This document shows positions 7,733 to 17,643 of a DNA stretch of 64,000 bases, piece by piece. Every line of letters begins with the position of its first letter. Within the stretch, counting starts at the first letter, position 1. This stretch comes from Desulfatiglandales bacterium (GTDB lineage: Bacteria > Desulfobacterota > DSM-4660 > Desulfatiglandales > Desulfatiglandaceae), in assembly GCA_963666345.1 (NCBI GenBank), contig OY762721.1:2656001-2720000 (forward strand), read 5' to 3'. The notes beneath the pieces were generated by a model, which did no database searches, had not been told where the DNA came from, and was given only the letters and a program-made list of their open reading frames with translations. The position numbers and the translations under genes were made by a program.

Positions 7733-10213
7733 TCATTCATCCTCCACTGCAATTCCAAGCTCCTTTTCCTTTTTAGCAACCGTAATCCTGGTCTTGATGA
7801 CAGTGTCCGGAATAAGGCTGATTGAGTCTATGCCGCACTCGACCAGAAACTCAGCAAAGTCTGGGAAATCACTCGGTCCCTGTCCGCATATGCCGATCTT
7901 CCTGCCCTTTTTCTTGGCAACGTCTATGGCTTGGGAAATGAGCCTTTTTACGGATTCATTCCTCTCGTCGTACAGGTGGGAAACGAGCGAGGAATCCCTG
8001 TCCAGACCGAGTGCAAGCTGGGTGAGGTCGTTGGACCCTATTGAAAAACCGTCAAATATATCGGCAAACCTGTCCGCGCATATCACATTGCTTGGGATTT
8101 CGCACATAACGTAAATCTCGAGTCCGTCTTCGCCCTGGACAAGCCCGAACTTTTTCATCAGTTCGATGACTTTTATCCCCTCCTCAGGGGTCCTGCAGAA
8201 AGGCACCATGAGTTTGATGTTTTTCAGCCCTATCTCACTTCTTGCCCTGTATAACGCTCGGCATTCCAGCTCAAAGGCGGGCATGAACTTTTTATCATAG
8301 TAACGGGACGCACCCCTCCATCCTATCATGGGGTTGCTTTCTTCAGGTTCGTAGAGAAATCCCCCAAGCAGGTTCTTATACTCATTTGTCTTGAAATCGG
8401 ACAACCTTACTATAACGTCATTCGGGTAGAAGCCTGCGGCAATGCGGCTTACACCTTCAGATAGCTTGTCGATGAAAAACCTGGACTTGTCTTCATAAAC
8501 GGCTGTGGTCTGATCTATCTTATAGACAACTCCCGCGACTCGCTGGTCGTTTTTTGCCATTTCCCTGAGCTTGTCATATTCAAGGAGGGCCAGGGGATGT
8601 ATCCCGACGTGGGAACTTATGATGAATTCCTGCCTTGCCAGGCCCACTCCGTCGTTTGGTATCCTCCCCTGGGTAAATGCCTTTTCCGGCATTCCCACGT
8701 TCATCATTATTTTTGTTCGGGTCTTTGGTAATTCTTCCAGGTTTATTTTTTCTATATCGTATTTCAGTATCCCGTCGTAAACATGTCCTGTTTCTCCCTC
8801 ACAGCAGGAGACGGTTATTTTCTGCCCGCTTTTAATGATTTCATCGCCGTTTCCGGTCCCTATTACGCAGGGAATGCCCAGTTCTCTGGAGATTATCGCC
8901 GCATGGCAGGTTCGACCACCCTTGTTTGTTACGATAGCTGCGGCGATCTTCATGATAGGTTCCCAGTCCGGATCGGTCATGCTGGTGACGAGCACCTGAC
9001 CCTTTTCAAACCTGTCCATCTCAAGGGTCGAACCTATAATAGTTGTTACCCCTTGTCCTATCTTGGTTCCCACTGCGGTTCCGGTAGCCAGGGTCTCTCC
9101 TTTTTCAAGGAGGTGGTAGCTTTCGTAGGTGTTCCCAGCCTGCTGGGAATGGTAGGTCTCAGGCCTTGCCTGGACAATGAAAAGCTCGCCGCTTCCCACA
9201 TTGACGCCGTCGCCGTCCTTCGCCCATTCGATATCCATCGCCTTGAAATGCCCGGCTTCTTCGCTGTAGTGCTCTTCAATTATGCAGGCCCATTCGGCAA
9301 GTTTCAGGATCTCTTCATCGTCCAGTACATAGCGGTGTCTTTCGGTAAGGGTTGTGGGGACATTTTTTACCGTTGTTTCATCCTCCATGGAGTAGACCAT
9401 TTTGATGTCTCTGTCGCCGACTTTCCTGCTTATGATGGCAGGCATTCCTTTTCTGAGCGAGGGCTTGAACACGTAAAATTCATCAGGGTTTACCACGCCC
9501 TGTACGACGTTCTCTCCAAGCCCGTAGGCCCCTGTGATGAAGACCACGTCTTTGAACCCTGTTTCGGTGTCAATGGAAAACATGACACCTGAATAGGCCG
9601 AATCACTTCTCACCATCTTCTGAACCGCAATCGAAAGAGAGACGTCAAACTGGTCATAACCCTTGTCATGACGGTATGAGATCGCGCGGTTTGTAAAAAG
9701 GCTCGCGAAACAGTTTTTACATGCGTCAAGCACGCTCAGCCTTCCGCGGATATTAAGGAAGGTGTCCTGCTGTCCTGCAAAGGATGCGTCAGGTAGGTCT
9801 TCGGCGGTTGCGGAAGAGCGTATGGCGACATCCAGATTGTCCTTTCCCTGTTCGCCGAATTCGGCCGCGAGTTTTTCATATGCATTGAATATGGCCTGGG
9901 TAAGGTCGGGAGGGAACTCCGCGTGCTTGATCACCTCCCTTACGTTTCTTCCTCTCCTCATAAGGTCGTTCAGATCCGAGGTGTCAAGTCCCTTTAAAAT
10001 CTTCTTTATTTCATCGTCCACTCCGGAGTACTTGAGCATATATCTGTATGCGTAAGCCGTAATGGCGAAGCCGTTTGGAACCCTTATCCCGGCACCGTGA
10101 AGTTTCTGGTACATCTCGCCCAGGGAGGCGTTTTTACCTCCCACAAGGGGTACGTCCTCTATTCCTATCTCATTGAACCACAGGATGAACTTTTTTTCAT
10201 TTGTCGCTGCCAT
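7733..10213 (-). CDS. ppsA: Phosphoenolpyruvate synthase (pyruvate, water dikinase)
   Basis: VGGKNASLGEM, RSSATAEDLPDASFAGQ, GGRTCHAAI phospho-His, FSIGSNDLTQ, GICGQ. Confidence 0.96.
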   Translation of the reverse strand: MAATNEKKFILWFNEIGIEDVPLVGGKNASLGEMYQKLHGAGIRVPNGFAITAYAYRYMLKYSGVDDEIKKILKGLDTSDLNDLMRRGRNVREVIKHAEFPPDLTQAIFNAYEKLAAEFGEQGKDNLDVAIRSSATAEDLPDASFAGQQDTFLNIRGRLSVLDACKNCFASLFTNRAISYRHDKGYDQFDVSLSIAVQKMVRSDSAYSGVMFSIDTETGFKDVVFITGAYGLGENVVQGVVNPDEFYVFKPSLRKGMPAIISRKVGDRDIKMVYSMEDETTVKNVPTTLTERHRYVLDDEEILKLAEWACIIEEHYSEEAGHFKAMDIEWAKDGDGVNVGSGELFIVQARPETYHSQQAGNTYESYHLLEKGETLATGTAVGTKIGQGVTTIIGSTLEMDRFEKGQVLVTSMTDPDWEPIMKIAAAIVTNKGGRTCHAAIISRELGIPCVIGTGNGDEIIKSGQKITVSCCEGETGHVYDGILKYDIEKINLEELPKTRTKIMMNVGMPEKAFTQGRIPNDGVGLARQEFIISSHVGIHPLALLEYDKLREMAKNDQRVAGVVYKIDQTTAVYEDKSRFFIDKLSEGVSRIAAGFYPNDVIVRLSDFKTNEYKNLLGGFLYEPEESNPMIGWRGASRYYDKKFMPAFELECRALYRARSEIGLKNIKLMVPFCRTPEEGIKVIELMKKFGLVQGEDGLEIYVMCEIPSNVICADRFADIFDGFSIGSNDLTQLALGLDRDSSLVSHLYDERNESVKRLISQAIDVAKKKGRKIGICGQGPSDFPDFAEFLVECGIDSISLIPDTVIKTRITVAKKEKELGIAVEDE

Positions 10214-10422
10214 CCTTGCACTCCTCTTCAGTAAGGATTATTGGTATTTAAAGCAGATTTAGATGTAGTATATTATATTGATTTCAATGGAATATATCGG
10301 ATTTAGACCTAACATTAATGGGAGACCTTGTCAATTGCCAAAATCCTGTCTTCATGCGACATAAAGGCGTCGGGCAGAGGTGCCTGCGCATGTACGCTGT
10401 AGGATCATTGAGTCTTTTTACC

Positions 10423-10893
10423 CTATATATCTTTCAGCCACCCTGAGTGGATTATTCGAAACAGAAGTGCCGTTAAGAGATAAAGGAGCATGAAGGCGAG
10501 GTGAGATATATCTACAAACATGGTGAAGCCTGGGGAAAATACCACGTCAGGCAGGTTTTTGAGCACCCTGAATATGCCTGTGATAACGATTCCTGCCAGC
10601 AGCAGAATCCTTATGCAGGCCGATGAGGTGAGCTTTGAATATCTTCTTTTTATAAGAAAGTAATCCAGGATCGCGTATGTGAGAAAGGCAAGGAGAAATA
10701 TCGCACCAACATAATGGATATAGTGGGTGAGATAGAACTTGGCTGCCCATCCCATGCCCGGTATATCCGCGATGTAGTATCTTTTGAAGATCGGCATCTG
10801 GCCGAAACCGGTGAAGGCCATCACAATAAAGGCAAAAACAAATATTCGGCCCATTGCCTTGCCGGTGATGCTTTTCGACTGGGTATCAGTCAT
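10423..10893 (-). CDS. Four-TM membrane protein, cytochrome b-like partner of the adjacent Fe-S protein
   Basis: Four hydrophobic segments, His residues in THYIHY and ISHLA; AGGAGGT RBS before ATG 10893; coupled to the upstream Fe-S gene. Confidence 0.7.
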   Translation of the reverse strand: MTDTQSKSITGKAMGRIFVFAFIVMAFTGFGQMPIFKRYYIADIPGMGWAAKFYLTHYIHYVGAIFLLAFLTYAILDYFLIKRRYSKLTSSACIRILLLAGIVITGIFRVLKNLPDVVFSPGFTMFVDISHLAFMLLYLLTALLFRIIHSGWLKDI

Positions 10894-10895
10894 TT

Positions 10896-11873
10896 TCAAG
10901 ACCTCCTTTCCTGCCGGCTGTCTTTTTTGGTGAAACTCCACACCTTGCCGAGGGCTGCGAAAAGACCGGCAAACGGCGCTATTAACATGGCCTTCGCGAG
11001 GTTGTCCGCATGGGCCATCGAGTCCTCTACAGGGTCCAGATGGGGGATCCCGGGCCCCTTCTGGATAGCCCTGTTGAGTTTGTCAAAGGGTACCGGCGAT
11101 ACGTATATGGTGTTGGTGCCTCCATTTTCCGTTTCACCATAGATGTATCCGTCTATCTCCTCTTTTATTCTGTGAGCCTCTTTTATTATCTTATCTCTGG
11201 GTCCTATTGTCTGAACCTGTTCCGGACATACCTCAATGCAGGCCGGGAGTTTTCCCAGGCCGATAAGGTCGTAACACCTGTCGCATTTGAACATGACCCC
11301 GTTTCCGGCAAAGGCGGGCAGTATATCCAGATAAAGGCCCACGCCTGTCTGGCGCTGAGGAATATCCCAGGGGCATACATCCTTGCACTTAGACCCTCCC
11401 AGGCAGATGTCAGGGTGAATCCTGGTGATTCCATTTTTGAGCTTTCTTGCGGCACCCCAGGGACATAGATCTGCACAGGGAGGATTCTGACAGTGCATAC
11501 ACCGTCGAGGAAACGTGAAGGTCTTTTCCTCCCCTTTGTCTTCGACTGTGGCTTCCTGTATAAACAGCCAGTTGTAGGGAGTGAGCCGGCCGGTCTCATC
11601 CTGTTTGCCGGACCAGTCGGAGACTTTTACCCTGCCGGGATACATCCTGGGAAAAGGCTTTTCAGGCTTCGGAAACTTGTGCCCGTTTGTTTCCTGACAG
11701 GCGTAAACGCATTCCTCGCATCCAATGCATTTTCTTATGTCTATCAATGTTGCCAGTTCATGCCGGTCTGCTTCCATTGCCGATGAAGGCAGAGGGACAG
11801 AGGAAACCCCTGCTGCACCAAGGGCGGCGATGCCGCCTTTTAAAAACGTTCTTCGGGAGATACTTTTGGCCAT
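10896..11873 (-). CDS. Tat-exported 4Fe-4S dicluster protein (DmsB/NrfC/HybA-like) with C-terminal anchor
   Basis: SRRTFLK twin-arginine motif; CIGCEEC, CMHCQNPPC, C..CKDVCPW, KCDRC..PACIEVCP. Confidence 0.9.
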   Translation of the reverse strand: MAKSISRRTFLKGGIAALGAAGVSSVPLPSSAMEADRHELATLIDIRKCIGCEECVYACQETNGHKFPKPEKPFPRMYPGRVKVSDWSGKQDETGRLTPYNWLFIQEATVEDKGEEKTFTFPRRCMHCQNPPCADLCPWGAARKLKNGITRIHPDICLGGSKCKDVCPWDIPQRQTGVGLYLDILPAFAGNGVMFKCDRCYDLIGLGKLPACIEVCPEQVQTIGPRDKIIKEAHRIKEEIDGYIYGETENGGTNTIYVSPVPFDKLNRAIQKGPGIPHLDPVEDSMAHADNLAKAMLIAPFAGLFAALGKVWSFTKKDSRQERRS

Positions 11874-12104
11874 CTTTTTGCTCCTTTTTGCTGATAAGGC
11901 ATAAGGGTCAGGGCCCATTGGACGACATTAGACTATTCCATGTAAAAATATTGTCGAGATATTGAACAGTAAGAAGATAATGCCGAATACATATCATGCA
12001 ATAATACCCGCTTTTTGCACAGTATAACAGATTTTGTGACTGGATAGAAAAATTACCTCAGCATGAGGATATCTTGACGGTGAAGAAGAGGTCTTAAGCA
12101 AACC

Positions 12105-12148
12105 TTGACATCGATAAAAATGGGATATATTATCAGTAACAGTTACTG
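12105..12148 (+). promoter_or_regulatory. Sigma70 promoter (TTGACA-17-TATTAT) followed by a perfect 7-1-7 operator CAGTAAC-A-GTTACTG
   Basis: TTGACA 12105-12110, TATTAT 12128-12133, palindrome 12134-12148, upstream of the Fur-family gene. Confidence 0.8.
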
Positions 12149-12176
12149 TTAAGAAAATTTGAGGGGGAGATTCCAA

Positions 12177-12626
12177 TTGAAAAACACCATGATGCCGCAC
12201 CACCGCATGACACGTCAAAGACAGGTTATTCTAGAAGAGATCAGAAATGATAAGACTCATCCTACGGCAGATGAAATTTATGAAAAGGTAAGGAAGCGAA
12301 TACCCAGGATAAGTATGGGAACGGTTTATCGCAATCTTGATATGCTTGCTTCCTCAGGCCTGATTAAACGCCTCGAGCCGGGCCGAAGCCAGATGAGGTT
12401 TGACGGTGATATAACCGACCATTATCATTTGACATGTGTTAAGTGCGGCAGGATCGAGGATATCCTTTTTGAAAGCCCTGAAAATTCCATTGAGACCCTG
12501 GAAAGGGCACTGGGGCATCTTACCAAATACGGGGTTTTCGGGCACAGGCTTGAATTTTTCGGCCTTTGCTCCATCTGCAGGCGGGAGGAAGATGTAACCG
12601 GATTAGTCTCGCTTGCCGCTAGATAG
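12177..12626 (+). CDS. Fur-family transcriptional repressor (PerR-like)
   Basis: MTRQR, HPTADEIY, GTVYRNL, RFDG, HYHLTCVKC, GLCSIC. Confidence 0.92.
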   Translation: MKNTMMPHHRMTRQRQVILEEIRNDKTHPTADEIYEKVRKRIPRISMGTVYRNLDMLASSGLIKRLEPGRSQMRFDGDITDHYHLTCVKCGRIEDILFESPENSIETLERALGHLTKYGVFGHRLEFFGLCSICRREEDVTGLVSLAAR

Positions 12627-12730
12627 ATGCAGCGGGAAGATAAACCGCCACGGATCCTTCACAGGGTATGGGAGGTTAGTATCTGTTTTCACGGGTCTGA
12701 GGCCAAACAACAAGGAGGTCCAAGGCGATA

Positions 12731-12964
12731 ATGGAAAGGTTTGAATATGAAGTGACCCTGCATCCGGCCGAAAGGTTTACCCAACTGGTATATTTCTGTA
12801 CTTCAGAAGGCGATTGCGCTCTTAAAAACGTTCCCCAGGACCAGATAAACATACTGAAGGGAATGCTGAATGAAAAAGGCGCGCAAGGGTGGGAGATTGT
12901 AAATCTCTTTCCGGGAAAAGACGGATTAATGGTTTTGTGGAAAAGGAGGAAAAGAGATATATGA
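12731..12964 (+). CDS. Small conserved hypothetical protein (DUF4177-like)
   Basis: FEYEV...LNEKGAQGWEIV...LWKR pattern; lies between the Fur gene and cooS. Confidence 0.65.
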   Translation: MERFEYEVTLHPAERFTQLVYFCTSEGDCALKNVPQDQINILKGMLNEKGAQGWEIVNLFPGKDGLMVLWKRRKRDI

Positions 12965-13027
12965 GCCGAACTACAACTGGGTTTCAATTTTCACCCGGTT
13001 ATTTGGGCAAATTTTTTTTCAACTTAA

Positions 13028-13042
13028 CAGTAACAGTTACTA
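13028..13042. promoter_or_regulatory. Second copy of the 7-1-7 operator (CAGTAAC-A-GTTACTA) upstream of cooS
   Basis: 14/15 identity to 12134-12148; 13023-13044 matches the reverse complement of 12132-12153 at 20/22 positions. Confidence 0.75.
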
Positions 13043-13085
13043 ATGCTGACAAATAAGAGAATTGATCCTTAGAGGAGGTAAACTC

Positions 13086-15062
13086 ATGGGTATAGATAAG
13101 AAGAAGATATCAGAGGCAAAGCCCGTTAATATTAATGATCTGACAATATGTGAATCAACCAGGCAGATGCTCAAAAAGGCTGAGCGTGACGGGGTTGAGA
13201 CCGCCTTTCATCGTGCTCTTTCAATGAAGGCCTGCCCTATAGGAGCGGATTCCGCCTGCTGTAAACACTGTTCCATGGGACCATGCAGGCTTAACGCCAG
13301 AGACCCGTACGGAAAAGTAGGCGTATGCGGAGCTACGATAGATACCATCATGGCAAGAAACTTTGCAAGGATGGTAGCCTCGGGGGCTGCTGCGCATACC
13401 GATCACGGCATGAGCATGCTGGATGTCTTCAGGGAGGTGGTAAACGGAAAAATTGAGGATTACGGGATCAAGGATCCTATCAAGCTCAAGGAAGTGGCGG
13501 AGGAGATAGATATAGAGGTCGAAGGGCGTGAGATCGAAGACATTGCGAAAGATCTTTATCAGGAGCTTGAGCGTACCTATACCCAGGTGGAGGGTGAAAT
13601 TCCTTTCATGAAGAGGGCACCTGAAAAGACCCTGGAGATGTGGAGAAAAAACGGTGTCGTTCCCAGAGGTGCAATGCGCGAAATAATGGAGATGATGCAC
13701 CGGACCCATATGGGGGTTGATCAGGATTATGAAAATATCTCAAAACAGTTTACAAGGACCGCCCTGTCAGACGGGTGGGGAGGTTCCATGGTGGCAACGG
13801 AGATCTCGGACATACTCTTCGGTACACCCACTCCCGTCAGGGGTGAAGTCGACATGGGCTGTCTTAAGGAAGACCATGTAAACTTAATCATACATGGTCA
13901 TGAGCCAAATCTTTTTGAATCGATTCTTGAATCAGTCGAGGACCCCACACTCGTCAAGGCAGCAAAGGACGCCGGCGCCGAAGGAATTAACCTGGTCGGG
14001 ATGTGCTGTTCCGGAGCTGAAATGCTTTCCAGGCACGGAATACCTCATGCCGGTAATTTCATGTCCACTGAAGCCGTTATCGTAACCGGTGCAGTTGATG
14101 CCATGGGGGTGGATGTCCAGTGTATAAAGCAGGGGCTTGTAAAGGTGGCGCAATGTTACGGGACAAGGCTTTTTACGACCAACCCGAGGGCACATATAGA
14201 AGGGGCTCTGCATGTGGAATTTGAAGAGCATGAACCCAGGAAATGCACCGATGAGATAGTCGAAATGGCCATAATGCGTTTCAAGAACAGGAAGCTGCCT
14301 GTGGAGATACCGAATATAAAGACAATGGGTATCCACGGCTTTTCACATGAATATATAAATTACATGCTTGGAGGGACATTCAGGGGTTCCTATACTCCCT
14401 TAAACGATAATATCATCAATGGAAGAATAAGAGGTGTCGCGGGTGTTGTGGGATGTACCAATCCCAGGGTGAAGCACGACTGGGTCCATGTTGAACTGGT
14501 AAAGGAACTCATAAGAAATGACGTGCTTGTTCTCCAGACCGGTTGTTCACAGATATCCCTGGCAAAGGCGGGCCTTTATACCCCGGAGGCGGCGCATCTG
14601 GCGGGTCCGGGACTCAAAGAGGTATGTTCCACCGTGGGCATGCCCCCGGTGCTCGGTATGGGCTCTTGTGTCGATAACAGCCGTATCCTTATAGCGGCCT
14701 CGGAAATGGTGAAGACCGGCGGGCTTGGCGAAACAATAGCGGACCTGCCGGTGGCAGGTGCGGCACCGGAATGGATGAGCGAGAAGGCGATTTCAATAGG
14801 CCAGTACTTTGTGGCATCCGGTGTCTATACCGTGTTCGGAGTAACATTTCCCATCGTGGAGGATACCAAATTTCACAAGCTGCTCTTTGGAGGCCTTGAG
14901 GAAATGGGTTATGGAAGCTGGGGATATACGAAAGATCCTTACGAGATGGCAAAGATGATGCTCGCCCACATAGACAAAAAACGCAAGGCCCTGGGACTTG
15001 ACAAGTCCAGGGAAAGGGTGCTCATGGATATGTCGGATCGAAGGGAACTGGATGCGGCCTAA
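13086..15062 (+). CDS. cooS: Anaerobic Ni-Fe carbon monoxide dehydrogenase catalytic subunit
   Basis: ACPIG..ACCKHCSMGPC, GVCGA, HGHEP, GMCCSG, DVQC, VGCTNP, TGC, GSCVDNSR, EWMSEKA; GAGGAGG RBS. Confidence 0.96.
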   Translation: MGIDKKKISEAKPVNINDLTICESTRQMLKKAERDGVETAFHRALSMKACPIGADSACCKHCSMGPCRLNARDPYGKVGVCGATIDTIMARNFARMVASGAAAHTDHGMSMLDVFREVVNGKIEDYGIKDPIKLKEVAEEIDIEVEGREIEDIAKDLYQELERTYTQVEGEIPFMKRAPEKTLEMWRKNGVVPRGAMREIMEMMHRTHMGVDQDYENISKQFTRTALSDGWGGSMVATEISDILFGTPTPVRGEVDMGCLKEDHVNLIIHGHEPNLFESILESVEDPTLVKAAKDAGAEGINLVGMCCSGAEMLSRHGIPHAGNFMSTEAVIVTGAVDAMGVDVQCIKQGLVKVAQCYGTRLFTTNPRAHIEGALHVEFEEHEPRKCTDEIVEMAIMRFKNRKLPVEIPNIKTMGIHGFSHEYINYMLGGTFRGSYTPLNDNIINGRIRGVAGVVGCTNPRVKHDWVHVELVKELIRNDVLVLQTGCSQISLAKAGLYTPEAAHLAGPGLKEVCSTVGMPPVLGMGSCVDNSRILIAASEMVKTGGLGETIADLPVAGAAPEWMSEKAISIGQYFVASGVYTVFGVTFPIVEDTKFHKLLFGGLEEMGYGSWGYTKDPYEMAKMMLAHIDKKRKALGLDKSRERVLMDMSDRRELDAA

Positions 15063-15097
15063 AGGCGGTTTGACATAGACGCATGCACAGCAGGGAG

Positions 15098-15156
15098 CCC
15101 TTCGGCATTTTTCAGGCGGCGGCAGCCCGGTTGCCGAAGGGCGACCCTTAAGGTCG
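15098..15156. other. Intergenic double hairpin after cooS (CCCTTCGGCA..TGCCGAAGGG; CGACC-CTTAA-GGTCG)
   Basis: Perfect 10-bp and 5-bp inverted repeats; no U-tract on the + strand, so function is uncertain. Confidence 0.4.
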
Positions 15157-15202
15157 GATAAAATATCTTGGCGACCGAGATCAGCGGAAAAGTTGGAGTA
15201 AA

Positions 15203-17278
15203 ATGGAATACGGCCGTAAGAATAGACTTGCGCATGAAAAAAGCCCCTATCTTCTTCAGCACGCAGAAAACCCCGTAAACTGGTATCCCTGGGGGACGGA
15301 GGCGTTTGAAAATGCCTCCCGGGACCAGGTCCCCATATTCCTTTCCATAGGGTACGCAACCTGTCACTGGTGCCACGTCATGGCCCATGAATCATTTGAA
15401 GACGAACAGGTAGCCGGGATTCTGAATGAGGGTTTCATACCGGTCAAGGTGGACCGTGAGGAAAGGCCGGACATAGACAAGATCTACATGGATGTCTGCC
15501 AGGCGCTTACAGGCAGGGGGGGATGGCCGTTAACCGTAATAATGACACCGCATGGGAAGCCCTTTTTTGCCGGCACATATTTCCCGAAAACTCAGCGCAT
15601 GGGAATGCCCGGCCTTATAGATATACTTAATCAGGTGGCGGACCTGTGGAGGAATGACCGGGGGCATATCCATAATGTAAGCGAGGATATAACAAAGGCA
15701 ATAAGGGGTATGGAAGAAGGGGGACATGAGGCAGAGATTGATTTTGAAGAAATACTTGAAAGGGGTTTCAGCCGGCTTTCAGCGACCTTTGATCCTCAAT
15801 GGGGTGGATTCGGAGATTCACCGAAATTCCCGACTCCTCACAACCTCACTTTTCTTCTCAGATGGCATAACAGGAGTAAGGACCCGCTTGCCATTGAAAT
15901 GGTGGAAAAGACCCTTGTAATGATGAGAAACGGGGGTATTTTCGATCAGATAGGGTTTGGATTTCACCGCTATTCAGTGGATGAAAGATGGCTCGTCCCT
16001 CACTTTGAAAAGATGCTCTACGATCAGGCCCTGATAGCCATTGCCTGTCTTGAGACATCCCGGTTGACCGGGCGGGGCATTTTCGGCGATATCGCACGTG
16101 ATACCTTCACCTATGTGTTAAGGGATATGACAGGGCCTCAAGGCGGATTTTATTCTGCGGAAGACGCGGACAGCGAAGGAAAAGAGGGGTTTTTCTATGT
16201 CTGGAGGCCGGAGGAGATAAAAAGAGAAATCGGCAGGGACAAAGGAGATATTTTCTGCAGGTTCTTCGGGATCAGCGATAAGGGAAATTTTGAAGATAAA
16301 ATGAGCATACCCTTCAGGCGGTTTTCCTGTAAGGAATTCGCCGAAAGGGAGGGAATCAGACCGGAAGAATTGAAAACCGTTCTGGAAGACTCAAGGGCGA
16401 AGCTCTTTAAAGCAAGGGAGAAAAGGCCCCATCCGTTAAAAGACGATAAGATCCTCTGCTCCTGGAACGGACTGATGATCGCAGCACTTGCAAGGGGTTA
16501 CGCCATGTTGCGGGAAGACAGATATCTTGATTCCGCCAAAAAGGCGTGTGCCTTTATTTTCGAAAGACTCATGGATTCAAACGGAAGGCTCCTTCACAGA
16601 TACAGGGAAGGTGAGTCCGCTCATGCAGGATACCTTGAGGACTATGCCTTTTTGATCTGGGGGCTCATAGAGCTCTATGAGTCTTGCTTTGACCCGGATT
16701 ATCTGGAAAAGGCCATTGCCCTTAATCGCGACATGAAGGAGCTTTTCTGGGATGATGCCGATGGGGGGTTTTTTTTCACAGGCAAAGGAAATGAGGAGCT
16801 TATAACCAGAAGCAAGGATGTCCATGACGGCGCACTTCCATCCGAAAATTCCGTGGCAGCCCTTAACCTGTTGCGTCTTGCCAGGATTACCGGGGACAGT
16901 GAGCTTGAAAAAACAGCGGAAGAGATACTAAGGTGCTTTTCGCAACAGGTGAATAAACACCCCGTTGCCTGCACGCATCTTCTGTCCTCGGTTGATTTCA
17001 TGCTGGGCCCCGGCATGGAGATCGTCATAGCCGGCGACCCTGAGGATGATGAAACCGGCCGGATGATCTCTTCTGTTCGGAAAAGGTTTTTGCCGAGCAG
17101 TGTGTTAATCCTGAAAACAGGTGGGAAAAAAGGCGACAAGCTGATTTCTCTTTGTCCGTTTATAAAACATATGAGCCCGCAAAAAGGCAGGCCTTCCGCT
17201 TATGTGTGTGAACATTTTTCCTGCCGCAAACCTTTTACGGATCCGGAAGCTCTGGAAAAATACCTTAAAAGTATGTAA
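15203..17278 (+). CDS. Thioredoxin-domain protein YyaL/SSP411 (DUF255) family
   Basis: [47 protein letters not shown]. Confidence 0.93.
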   Translation: MEYGRKNRLAHEKSPYLLQHAENPVNWYPWGTEAFENASRDQVPIFLSIGYATCHWCHVMAHESFEDEQVAGILNEGFIPVKVDREERPDIDKIYMDVCQALTGRGGWPLTVIMTPHGKPFFAGTYFPKTQRMGMPGLIDILNQVADLWRNDRGHIHNVSEDITKAIRGMEEGGHEAEIDFEEILERGFSRLSATFDPQWGGFGDSPKFPTPHNLTFLLRWHNRSKDPLAIEMVEKTLVMMRNGGIFDQIGFGFHRYSVDERWLVPHFEKMLYDQALIAIACLETSRLTGRGIFGDIARDTFTYVLRDMTGPQGGFYSAEDADSEGKEGFFYVWRPEEIKREIGRDKGDIFCRFFGISDKGNFEDKMSIPFRRFSCKEFAEREGIRPEELKTVLEDSRAKLFKAREKRPHPLKDDKILCSWNGLMIAALARGYAMLREDRYLDSAKKACAFIFERLMDSNGRLLHRYREGESAHAGYLEDYAFLIWGLIELYESCFDPDYLEKAIALNRDMKELFWDDADGGFFFTGKGNEELITRSKDVHDGALPSENSVAALNLLRLARITGDSELEKTAEEILRCFSQQVNKHPVACTHLLSSVDFMLGPGMEIVIAGDPEDDETGRMISSVRKRFLPSSVLILKTGGKKGDKLISLCPFIKHMSPQKGRPSAYVCEHFSCRKPFTDPEALEKYLKSM

Positions 17279-17282
17279 GGCT

Positions 17283-17456
17283 GGAATTCGTCCATAAATC
17301 AAGATTTATGGGCTCACGCTATGAGCAATCGGCTCTCATTAAAACATTCGGAATATCAACTTATTGGCTACCTGCTGATAGTTGCCGCTTGCCTGCCGTG
17401 AATGTGGCGGGGCTGAAAGCAGTATCCGGAAGTGAACAATTTCCGGATGTGCACAA
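17283..17456. mobile_element. MITE-like repeat (family B), degenerate copy
   Basis: Colinear with 54639-54796: TAAATCAAGATTTATGG..GCAATC.GCTCTCA..GGAATATCAA.TTATTGG..GGCTGAAAGCA..ATCCGGAA..ATTTCCGGATG. Confidence 0.7.
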
Positions 17457-17643
17457 GGCCGGGACAAGATAGGCGTTAAAGGGGAGATGTTATCTTTATA
17501 TGATGGAGGTCCCTTTTTTCACTTTCAGCCTTTTTCAATCCCCGGTTGAGTTAAACTCGTAATTTGCTTAATATATCAACTATATCCATTATAAAGGAAT
17601 GAAAAGTTGAATAGCCTTAAATAACAGACAGGGGGACTGGAAG

